A DNA stretch of 64,000 nucleotides from the human T2T-CHM13v2.0 reference genome, Homo sapiens. Every line of letters starts with the position of its first letter. Within the stretch, counting starts at the first letter, position 1. The notes below the pieces were generated by a model that saw only the letters and a list, made by a program, of their open reading frames with translations, was not told the origin of the DNA and made no database searches. Of this stretch, positions 25,188 through 36,965 are shown piece after piece. The stretch is from the NCBI RefSeq assembly GCF_009914755.1, contig NC_060929.1, one strand, 5' to 3'. A program made the position numbers and the translations under genes.

Positions 25188-25330
25188 TGCTTCATTCCTT
25201 CCTTCTCCCTTCCTTCTTCTCTTCTTCCTTTCTCTTGCCCTCCCTCCCTCCTTCCTCCTTCCTTCCTGTCCTTCCTTTTCTGTCTTTCCTTCCATCCTCT
25301 TGCCTTTATTTTATTATTATTATTATTTTT
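25188..25330. repeat. Polypyrimidine (CCTT-like) tract followed by (TTA)n
   Basis: Almost pure C/T over ~120 bp, then ttattattattattatt. Confidence 0.85.
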
Positions 25331-27544
25331 AGCACAGTTAGCCAGCTGTGTGTAGGGGCATTAAAGGTCAGCCCCGTTAGTCCCATTGAAAGAACAAAAT
25401 ACCAAGGATACATTTATACCCTCTATCTGTTGCTGGACAGCTGATTGAATATTTTTCCCCCTCAAAACCATATTTCTTCAGGTGTGTTGATGGTTCTGTT
25501 TTTGTATTAAATAGAGCCAACCTCTTCCTACTTCTGTGTTCTTGCTCTAAGCTGGCTAGGGACGAGGTTACCAGCGACCCAATTCAATCAGCAGCTGCTG
25601 GCTTTAAGCGGGTCCAGGAGTTCACTGTGTGAATGCAGCCATTAGCTGGCTTTAGACTTGGAGAGATAATCGATATTTTTCTGGGCCGTCTTGGTCTCGC
25701 CTCTTTGGCGGAAGAAAGCAGCACCCACACAGTGTGTAACATCTGATCCCGGTCCAGCTCCCGCGGGCTGGGCTCTGCCCGTTGTGAGTGGCCGACAGCT
25801 CCGCCAGCGCCTGTTTCCATCTGCCGAGCCATCCTTTCTTCTGAATGTGAACTGTTTTCTTGGTTTCTTTCTGGCATCAGAAAGCAACAATGAGTGATTA
25901 TCTGATGCAGCATCCCTGGGGCCCCAGGTGCTGGTGACTCATTCAAGTCTCCCTGCAAACCAATTCATTAAACCTGCTTCATCTGGGACGTGCTGAGAGT
26001 GGAGGTATATTTCAAAAGCGGTTTGGCAGCAACGCTGCAATTAAACAAGGAGGGAAGGAGAGCAGAGGCGGAGGAGGAAGGCGCGATTTAGTTGTGACTT
26101 GAACACCGTCTACACCAGCCAAAGAAGGCTGGTCCACACTGGCTTTCAGCTGAGGGGAGGGGCAGTGCCCAGATCATGTAATTTTTGAAATTATGTTTGT
26201 AATTAACTTCACGATATCTCCAGGGAATTCTGGAAAGACAGCAAGAAAAAACACTGCGGTATCTGTCCTATCAGATACTACAAAGCACCTAATGAGGTAT
26301 CCTTAGGACATTAGAAAAAACACTCACTCAAAAAAGGTAGAATTCTTCCTTTGTATTCTTGGGGTGTTGGTTAGGGTGGCCGGGTTCTTCGTTAAGTTCA
26401 TCGTTAAGCAAGCAGGGTCTTGCTGCCTGTGAGATGATTCACGGAGTTTTAGTTTTTACTCTTCAGGCACGGTCTGGCTTTCCTCCTAATAGTCTTTTAC
26501 CAAGCAACCTCTTCAGGAACTTTTAAGTTCATGCAGATTTTTAGGAAAGTTAAATCTAAAATATTTTGTGATAACAATTTGAAGGTCAGAAAACATGGCT
26601 ATCTCCCTACTTATCAGTTGTTTTAGTGAGCCTTGCCCCTTTGAATTATGTTCTAATATTTTAATACAATCTCCATAAAAACAATAAATTTACAAGAGAA
26701 GCAGAGTCCCAAGTCAAGCGCCCTCGACCACATTCAGAACTTTCCTGTCTCAGAGCTTGGCTATTTGCATCGCTGGATATAATCACGGGGCAAATTGTGC
26801 AAGAATGAGCAATGGAAGACGTCTGGCGATTGAGCGATTTCTCAGCCCCTGGATGTAGTGAGCAGAGTTGGAATAGATGGATGAGACCTGACATATCCAA
26901 GTAAAAGCAGCCAATGAAGCAGCTTAATGGGCTCCCCGGGGCGTCCTGGGAGTACACGCCACCTTCACCCATTAACCATTAGCTCCGCTCCAGACGTCTC
27001 AGCTGCCATGCAGCCCCACGCAAAGAAGCTCAGGAGACCAGCACCTGCCTTCTGACAGCTTACAGTCCAGTGGGCTTCAGTGAAAGGGGTGGGATCCAAT
27101 CATCCCCATGAACTTGGGACCTGAAACTTCTTTGCTGGAAGCTTCTTTCTCAAAGAGCGCCAGGAAACCACGGTTTCAGGTACACACAGTCAGCATGCGC
27201 TGTAGCAATGTGCTTTGCAGCTGGAACTCCTATCAAGCATCCTAGGCAAGGCATGCACCCCAGCGCCAGAGAGAATCAGGAAGGGGAAGGTGCCCTGAAC
27301 CTCAGACAAGAACCCCTTCCAGAAACCACCACCAAAGCCATCACTGTGTTTCCACCCTCAGACCTGTGTCTCTTTAGCTTCTTGGTAGAGGAAGAAGAGG
27401 AGCTGGGTGGGCAGGGCTCAGCAGCTTCTAAGTTTTTGCCATGTTTATGGACAAGTGGGCCAGTTCAGATTTGGATTAGATCACCTAAGAGAAGGCGTGG
27501 AAATTTGAAAGAGTTTTACAACAGGAAACTGGCAGAGAATGTCG

Positions 27545-27899
27545 TTGCTCACTAATGCCGTGTTTCTCCTTTTCCTGGGCACACAGCCAAATTACAGCCC
27601 AAGGTCTCCTTGCACCTGTGAGTTCTGCCCAAGCCTGTGTTGGTGGGCGAGATGGAAGCTACCTCCAGCTTAAATAATCTGTTCTTTTTACTGTTCTAGT
27701 CCATGGTAGATTTGGATGCCATGCGTTAAAGATGGCAGTGCCACAGACCCAGGGGCCCCAAATGACTGCGTGGAGCCGAGACCCTCACCTCTTCCAACAC
27801 AATGCTCTGGGAATGGGGAGAGAAGTAAAGTTTTGCATGTTAAATCATGAACGTTTTGTGTCTGTTTGTTCTAGCAGTTCACCTACTCTCACCAGTACA
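27545..27899 (+). mobile_element. MLT1I/J-like MaLR LTR
   Basis: tcctgggcacacagc, aagatggcagtgccaca, aatgactgcgtggagc, tgtttgttctagcag...ccagtaca terminus. Confidence 0.65.
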
Positions 27900-29294
27900 A
27901 AGGATATGCAAGCATGGGGAAAAGTTGTCTTATTTAAAGTGCACTTAATACTTTATTAGCAAAGACTAAATAAATACATTGAGCAAGTCTATCAGGTTAT
28001 CAATCAGACAGTAAAACAGTGGAGGATCAAGATTGAAGGTTAAGTCGTCATAGAAAGAACATGCTTGCTGTGATAACATCTCCTTTTCTAGGTTCTTGAA
28101 TGCAAGTTAATTTTCCCAAGGTCTCATTTTCACTCTGTGCCTCAAGACTTCACTCCTGGCCCGTAGGTGGCTGTTGATTTTTTTTTCTTTGACAGCAGGG
28201 GGTGCTCTGGGAATATGCTCTTCAAACTAACTTCTGCCTCTAGTTATGGTTCTTTAAGAACCCAAAAGAAAGAAAAAGAATAATAACAATTTGTCAGTTC
28301 ATAAATAAATGTCTTCTAACTTTGGAAACGCAGATTAGCACAGGCCCAGGGCCTGAAAGAAATTAAAGTGGTACTAAAATAAATTAGACAGTCGAAATGC
28401 AACCAGTAAAGAATAAAAGAAACGTGTGTCGTTCACGGAACCCACCATGTACTTCAAGCTGAGAGATCAACCACTATCCCCAAGATAAGCTTGAGAAGCA
28501 CTGGCGGTCATTGAGTAGGGTGGTGACTTGTCTTTCTCCTCCGCTCCTGGCTGGGTGATAGAGTGAGGAGGAGATTGGGTGAATCGTGTCAGGATCCAGC
28601 ACTACCCAATTCTTACCACTGCAATGGCCACGTTTCAAACAAGGGCTTGGTGGAGGGAGATTATGAGTGGTGGAGGTAAAATTGGTGTTGAAGACACATC
28701 TAAGAGCTGGATCGATTCCCTTGGATTTGTTTTCTGATTTCTGGTTTTCATTTGCAAAGTAGAGATGATCCCTCCTGGCCCCCATCTCAACAGGCTGCTC
28801 TGGGTCCTGTGAGAACACGTCTCATGCTTGGTATTTAAATCCCTAGCTTTTCTCAAGTGGCTGGGAATGGAATTTTATCCTAGAGATGTCCTGACCATTG
28901 GTTTGCCAACGCCCTACTAATTCACGTGTTCTCAGTTCCCTCAATGGCCTTCACATTTATTTTTTGGTGATTCCTCCAATTCTCTTTCCCTGATCTCCAA
29001 AAAACTAAATAGTACAAAAAGGGGGCTCCTTGTGCTCTGCCACTGATTGATCATACCGGTTGCCACCTGTTTATTGGTCCATGCACCCCACTGGTTGACA
29101 GTAGCATCTTGAGCTTTATTATACTGACCGTAGCAGTACTTGCTGAGTGAGTGAGTGAATGGCTGGCTACCCACTCCTCCCCTGGAATCTGTGAGTGCCA
29201 TAAGCTGCATTGTTGCTGTTTCTCTCACTCATTTCAGATTGCATCTCAGTGCGCTTCAAGCTCGCCCCCAAGAACACTGGGCACCTTGGGGTGG

Positions 29295-29385
29295 GGGCCT
29301 ATTCATTTCCCTTTGGATCCTCAGTGCCTGAGATACTACTTGGAGATTGACTAACATTTGTTGGGTGAATGAGTAAATGAATAAA
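29295..29385 (+). mobile_element. L2 3' tail
   Basis: atcctcagtgcctgag..aacatttgttgggtgaatgagtaaatgaat. Confidence 0.55.
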
Positions 29386-29780
29386 GCAATGAGTTATCTG
29401 TTCAGCATTTAAGGATTGGGATTGATAAGACTGGAGTCTAGACTGCTTTCTAAAACAATCTTTCTAAGATACTCAGTGAATGTTTCTTGGCTCCTGAGAT
29501 GACCTATGTCTTCTTAGGGCCTCATTTGCTAGAAAGGTTCTTAAATTGGCGCACCATTGTGGAGCATCAGAGTTAGTCCTGTTGTGGACTCATCTTTTGG
29601 AGGGACATTTGGGGAAGTCAAGTGATACATGTTTTAACACCTAAATTATCTAAATCTAGCACAGGATTTTTTTCTCACAGTTAATGACATATTGACAATT
29701 AAAAAAAATTCTGCTTTTTAAGAGTTTAGACAACTGTTTACCAGAGACCTAAGACCACGGTATCATTTTCTCCGTCATTA

Positions 29781-32216
29781 CTTCAATGTAATAAAAGCAG
29801 TATATGAAAAATCCACAGCTAACATCACACTCAGTGTTGGAAGCCTGAAAACATAACTCCTAAGGTCAGGAGAAAGATGAGTGTTTATTCTCACCACTTC
29901 TATTCAACATTGTACTAGAGTTCTTGCCAGGGCAATTAGGCAAGAAAAAGAAATAAAAGGCATCCAGATTGGAAAGGAGGAAACGAAACTTTCTCTACTC
30001 ACAGATCGCATAATCTTGCATGTAGAAACCCCTAAAGAAATCTGTGAAAACCTATTAGAACTAATAAATGAGTTCAGAAAGGTTGCATGATCAACATACC
30101 TAAATCAGTTTTATTTCTATACTATTAGCAATGAACAATCCAGAAAGGAAATTATAAAAACAATTCTGTTTACAGTAACATCAAAAATAAAGTGCTCAGT
30201 AATAAATTCAGCGTAGGAGATGCAAGGCTTATACACTCAAAACTATAAAATATTGTTGAAAGAAAGTAAAACAGACTTCAATAAGTGGAAGGACATCCTA
30301 TATTCATGGATTGGAGACTTAATGTTGTAAAGATGACAATATTCCCCAAAGTGACCAATTGATCACTATTAAAATTTCAATGGGCTTTTTTTTTTCCAGA
30401 AATGGAAAAACTAACTCCAAAATGTGTATGGAATTGCAAGGAACCATGAATAACTAAAACAATGTATAAAAAGAGAACAAAATTGGAGGGCTAACACTTC
30501 CCAATTTCAAAGCTTACTACACAGCTACAGTAATTAAAACAGTATGGTACTGACACAAGATAGACATACAGAGCAAGGAAATAGAATTGAGATTCTAGAA
30601 ATAAACTCATACATGTATGACCAATTGATTTTTGACAATGGTGCTAAGACCATTCATTGGGGGAAAACAGACTTTTTAATAAATAGTGCTGGGGCAAAGC
30701 CTGATGTAGGCTCATAATAATAATAATAATGATAATAAAGTACTGAACAACTGGATATCCATATGCAAAACAACAATTGTGTATCCCTATCTCACACCAA
30801 ATAAGAAGTCAACTTAAAATAGAACAAAGACTTAAATATAAGTGCTAAAAATATGAAACTGTTATAGGAAAACATAGGTGTATTTTTGTGACCTTGGATC
30901 AGACTATGGTTTCTTAAATGTAACACTGAAAGCATAGTCAAAACCACAAAACAATGGATAATTTGGACTTCACCAAAATAAAAAGCTTTTGTGAATCAAA
31001 GGACACTACTAAGAAGGTGAAAACATAACCTATCAAATGAGAGAAAATATTTGTAAATAATATGTATTAGTCCGTTCTCACACTGCTAATAATGACATAC
31101 CTGAGACTGGGTAATTTATAAAGGAAAGAGGTTCAATGGACTCATAGTTCCACATGACTCGGGAGGCCTCACAGTCATGGTGGAAGATGAAGGAAGAGCA
31201 AAGAGGTCTTACACAGCAACCAGGAAGAGACAGCATGTGCAGGGGAACTCCCATTCATAAAACCATCATATCTCTCGAGACTTATTCACTGCCATGAGAA
31301 CAGTATGGGGGAAACCGCCCCCATGATTAAATTACCCCCACCCAGGGTGGGGACACAGCCAAACCATATTATATATAAAATAAGGGTTTAGTATCCAGAA
31401 TATACACAAAACAAAACTCAACAACAAAAAGACCAAAAACCCAATTTAAAAGTGGGCAAAGAACTTTCATAGGTAGTTCTCCAAAGGAGGTATACAAATG
31501 GCTAACAAGCACTCAATGTCATTAGTCGTTAGGGAAATGCAAATCAAAACCACGATGAGATACCACTTCAAACTCAACGGAATGGATATACTAATAGTAA
31601 GGAAATAGGTATTTGTATTGGAGCCCTCATATGGTGTTTTAGCTGGGACTATAAGTTGTGGGAGCCCTTTGGAGCACGGTCGAGCTGCTCCTCCAAAAGT
31701 TAAACATGGAATCATCATTTGATCTAATGACCCGACTCCTAGGTGTCTGCTCAGAGGAACTGAGAACTTATGTTCAAACAAAAACTTGTACAAGAATGTT
31801 CACCACAGCACAACTTATAGTAGCCCAAAGTAGGAAGAACCCAAATATCCATCAGCGGGTAAATAAATGGATGCACAAACTTATCTATGCATGCAATGGA
31901 ATATTGTTCAGCCACAAAGAAAAAGGAAGCACTGACAATGCCACCGCACCATGAATGTTGAAAACATGATGCATGATTCTATTCATAGAAATGTCCAGAA
32001 AAGGCAAATCCATAGAATCAGAAAGCAGATTAGTGGGTGCCAAAGCTTGGAGGTAGGGGAAGTGAGGAGCAACTGCTTAATGGATTCGGGATGACTTTTG
32101 GAGGTGATGTAAATGTTCTGGAATTTGTGGTGTTTGTTGCATGACATTGTGAATGTATAAAAGCCACTAAATTGAGTACTTTGAAAAGAATAAAATAATT
32201 TCACTTCAATAAAAAA
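29781..32216 (+). mobile_element. L1MB-like LINE, 3' ORF2 and 3'UTR
   Basis: RT-region remnant [26 protein letters not shown]; 3'UTR aatccatagaatcagaaagcagattagtgg; ends cttcaataaaaaa. Confidence 0.9.
31063..31371 (-). mobile_element. THE1C/D-like solo LTR inserted in L1MB, with internal deletion
   Basis: tgtattagtccgttctcacactgct...gggtggggacacagccaaaccatatta. Confidence 0.92.
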
Positions 32217-32230
32217 GGAAGGAAAAAGGC

Positions 32231-32778
32231 TGTGATGGTTAATATTGAGTGTCAACTTGATTGGATTGAAAGATGCCAAGTATTGTTCCTGGGTGTGTCT
32301 GTGAGGATGTTGACGAAGAAGATTAACGTTTGAGTCAGTGGACTGGGAGAGGCAGACCCACCCTTAACCTGGGTGGGCACCATCTAATCAGCTGCTGCTG
32401 AAGCTAGAATAAAGTAGGCAGGAGAAGATGGAAAAAGTAGACTTCAGTCTTCTGGCTTTCATCTTTCTCTAGTGCTGGATGCTTCCTGCCCTTGGACAAT
32501 CAGACTCCAAGTTCTTTAGCTTTTGGACTCTTGGACTTAGACACCAGTGGTTTGCCAGGGGCTCTTGGGCCTTTGGCCACAGACCGAAGCTTGCACTGTT
32601 GACTTCCCTACTTTTGAGGTTTTGGGATTCAGACTGGCTTCCCTGCTCCTCAACTTGCAGATGGCCTATTGTTAGACTTCACCTGTGGTCATGTGAGTAA
32701 GTACTTCTTAATAAACTCTCCTTCATATATACATCTATCCTGTTAGTTCTGTTCCTCTAGAGAACCCTGACTAATACA
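32231..32778 (+). mobile_element. MLT2A (A2-length, 548 bp) HERVL solo LTR
   Basis: tgtgatggttaatattgagtgtcaacttgattggattgaa...gaaccctgactaataca; 5-bp TSD aaggc/aagac. Confidence 0.93.
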
Positions 32779-32784
32779 AAGACC

Positions 32785-33030
32785 TATGTAACAAACATCA
32801 TATGTACAAAGATCTTAACTAGAATGTTATTTTTAACAATGAACAATTAGAAATAATCTAAATGCCCAACAATGATATATGGTTAAAATACTGTGGAATA
32901 TGTACTCAATTAGTATTCCATAGCTATTTTACATATTATTATATATGCTGTAGCAAAATGTAATGATTATGTTTTTGGGGAAAAACAGATTACATCACAT
33001 ATATCCTATAATAGCAACTCTTTAATACAG
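32785..33030 (+). mobile_element. Old L1M 3' fragment
   Basis: aattagaaataatctaaatgcccaacaatg..ggttaaaatactgtggaata. Confidence 0.55.
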
Positions 33031-33032
33031 TG

Positions 33033-33183
33033 TATATATATGGAGATATATATATGGAGAGAGATATATATATGGAGATATATATATGGAGAGATATATA
33101 TATATGGAGATATATATAGGGATATATATATATCAGAATATATATATGTCAGCATATATATATATCAGAATATATATATATCA

Positions 33184-33229
<46 letters not shown>

Positions 33230-33248
33230 ATCAGAATATATATATGGA
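33033..33248. repeat. Compound (TA)n microsatellite with ggaga/tcag interruptions and a pure (AT)20 run
   Basis: Direct reading; pure run at 33186-33225. Confidence 0.96.
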
Positions 33249-33334
33249 GCAAGACTGCCAAGGAAAAGAAAATTGAAAACTGTCTGTGAATGTGGGTCAT
33301 TTTGAAATTTTATTTTTTATATAGAAAAGTGTTG

Positions 33335-33599
<265 letters not shown>

Positions 33600-34584
33600 T
33601 TATTCAACAAATGCTTATTAACAGATACTTATGCCATAAGAAAAAAAGTTAACAACTTAAGTTTGAAATTGAAAAACACAACACTATGGAATAGAACAAT
33701 CTCTATATCAAAAACATTTAGCAGTGCACATTTTGAATTGATGCCAAGTGCAGAATAAGCCTTTGATTTCCTTGAGGTCAGCAGTTACAGTGGATTTCAA
33801 AATTATTCATTCTATTGACTATTTTATTAAAGAAAAGAGACTTATTTATTCTGATTTATCTTAAAATTTTTGAAGTTCATCAACAGTAATATAACACGAT
33901 GTTTTAAAGAGATCAATGTCTTTATTCATTCAATTATTGATTATTTTGCTTATTCATAAAATATTCATATATCAACAGTATATCAGACACTGTTGGAGAG
34001 TAAGGTAAAGCAAAATGTAAATATTTTCCTGCAAAACTTTTGATTTAGTAAAGGAGAAAGCACATATAGAAAGCCAGTTCTTTAAAATAAATGTTTCATC
34101 TGAGTTTCAACACTAATGCAGGGAACAAGTACATTATAGAAAATTGAATTACATTCATGGACTTTTTTCCTAGTAGTATAATTAAACCTTATTCTTAGCC
34201 AAAATTCTGCCAATCCTCATTTTAGTAAGGTGTCACTTGATAACTTTACTGTTCAACTGAGTATGTTAGTTTTATGGCATTATTGAAAGATACTTAAATA
34301 GTTACTTAACACGATCTTTGCAGAAATTAGGAAGAGTTCCTGATTGCATACGGAACATTAGACCGACCATAAGAAAACCCTCAGAAGTGGATGCCTTCAA
34401 TGGTAGACACTTTGCAACATTCGCGTCCGCGCGGCACATGCTGTGTTCATCACCATGGTGGGACCTCACATTCTGTGATGAGACAAACTTCCATTCCTTT
34501 TCTCTCATTATGCTTATCAAAGCTCTCTATTTCTTGGTCCTAATTCTGGCTTTTAGTTTTTGCAAAAAGGATTGCAAACACTAA

Positions 34585-34876
<292 letters not shown>

Positions 34877-35951
34877 ACGGGGTCCATGATACAGAGCAGA
34901 CTCAGAGAGGTGCATCCCTCACCAAGCCCCAGAGACTCCTTCCCATGCCCTGGAGTCCTAAATTCCTTACTAGCGCTGGGCGACTGTGAGGGTCATAGTG
35001 TGCACTTTGTAGAGATGTGAAGACTAGAGCTTAAAAGTATCTGTGCTGCTACTAAAAAAGACCAACCAACTACAACAAATTTGCAAGAAAACAAAGATTT
35101 TTATTTTTAAATTGTTAGGTCCCTTTGAGATTTCAGATCTTTTTCAGTTTATTAAATATAACAATGCATATGCAATTTGGTATATTTCTTAATGTGATTT
35201 TGATTGATTGCTTAAAGAAAATATATTCTGCATTCTAGTAATAATTAAAAATTAGCTAATGGAATTTCAATTTAAAATTTAAGATATACGATATCGAAGT
35301 TCAGTTTTTTAACCAGTATTTTAGAATATTATAAAAAATTAATATAGAAATATTATAGGCAAATAAAGGAAATAAGGATTTCTGTAATTAATGTTTTAAT
35401 ATGATGAAACGGACGTAGAAATCTCTCAATTTAGGAGATAGAGGGAAATGTGGGGAACACACCAAATACACTTAACATAAACACGGCTGCGCACGTTTTC
35501 TACTAAGCTTCCCTTTCTGCATTGTCTTCATTTTCTGTTCCTCGTAAGAGCTCTTTTAAAATTTCTGACATCCAAGGCAATCCTAGTTGTGGAAGTTCTT
35601 TCCCCTCGGCTCTCGGCGGAGTCTTTGGGTGTGGTGGATGGAAGAGGAGCCGTCTGCTGAGAGAAGAGGAGGAACTCCGCTGTCTGAGTCAGCACAGGTC
35701 CATCGAAGACCAGGAGCTCAGCCCTCCGCGCGGTGCTCTGAATCCAGGGAACACGCTCGCCGGGAACTGCGGAATCCCTCCCGTTGGCCTGCGATAAAAC
35801 CGTGTTGACTTACGGAACATCATCTTTGGTTTACACTGAACTTTCTTAAAACTTTCCTCTTCTATATAATTTTACTCTATACCATAGAGATAATTTTGAT
35901 AAAATAAATCTCAGGCGGTACACATCGTATTTTTTTTTCCTATTCTTTGTA

Positions 35952-36085
35952 TTAAATTGGTGCAGAACTAATTGCGGTTTTTGCCATTAAGAGTAATGGC
36001 ATTTACTCTTTGCTGTGACTCTTGATGGCAAAAACTGCAATTTACTTTTAATGGCAAAAATCACAATTACGTTTCACCAACCTAA
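35952..36085. mobile_element. MADE1 (Hsmar1 MITE) with expanded centre
   Basis: TIRs ttaaattggtgcagaactaattgcggtttttgccatta / taatggcaaaaatcacaattacgtttcaccaacctaa flanked by TA on both sides. Confidence 0.9.
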
Positions 36086-36809
36086 TAATTTTCAAAGTCT
36101 CAGGTCTTAAGGCACCAACTTCCAATCTCATTCCAGATGGAAACCTCTTGACTTCCCCATATCTTCCCAGTCCTGAGCCTTTGACCAAATAAGGCAATGT
36201 GCTTCTTGCCTTTGTCATTCCTGAACAAATGCCAATGCCACCGTCCTCTCTCGCATTCAGTATTCAGAGGGCAAATTCACGAAGCAGGATCCTACCGGCC
36301 GCCGTGTCAGCCTGCAGTTCCCATACTGGGTCCTGCAGTCTCTTCATTGTCCTGTGGGATATTAAAAGGACTTCTGTGAAAAAGATAATTATTAAATGAT
36401 ATTGTCATTCTAAAAGGCACTTTAAAAAATGTGTGTGAGAACTGTCAACATACACATATGGTGGTTTTATTGGTTTTCAGTAAATTTCTTTAAAGCAGTG
36501 GTATGCAGTACAATGTCCCCTAGGTAACAAGAGGCTGCTGGAGGCATGAACGTGGTGGCCAAGTTCAGCATCTGCTGACTGATGCTTGAAGCCATCACAG
36601 AGAACATCAGAAGGAGGAATGTGCGGTGGCCGGATCAGTGTCTATTTGCCGTTGCAGAGGCAGGATCCATGAACTCATCTCTGGATTGGATGAAGATGGT
36701 TGCAGTTGACTCATTTTTTGGTCTATATTGGCTGGGTAGTGACAAGACTCACATTTAGTTATTCTTTTCTGCAGTGGAGCTGTCTGTTAGACACTTGGGA
36801 TCCTCATGT

Positions 36810-36965
36810 GTTTCAGCCCTGAGCCCCTGTTGAAGCTTTACCAATAAATAATCCTTTAGCCAGGACGATGGGGTCAAATAAACCTGGGTTTCAGCCCTGA
36901 GCCCCTGTTGAAGCTTTACCAATAAATAATCCTTTAGCCAGGACGATGGGGCCAAATAAACCTGG
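36810..36965. repeat. 78-bp tandem duplication (2 copies, 1 mismatch)
   Basis: 36810-36887 vs 36888-36965; they differ only at ggggtcaaat/ggggccaaat. Confidence 0.95.

Noticed and set aside
34302-34584. Protein-like ORFs and possible exon at 34324
   Set aside because: Weak polypyrimidine tract, no clear donor and no recognisable homology
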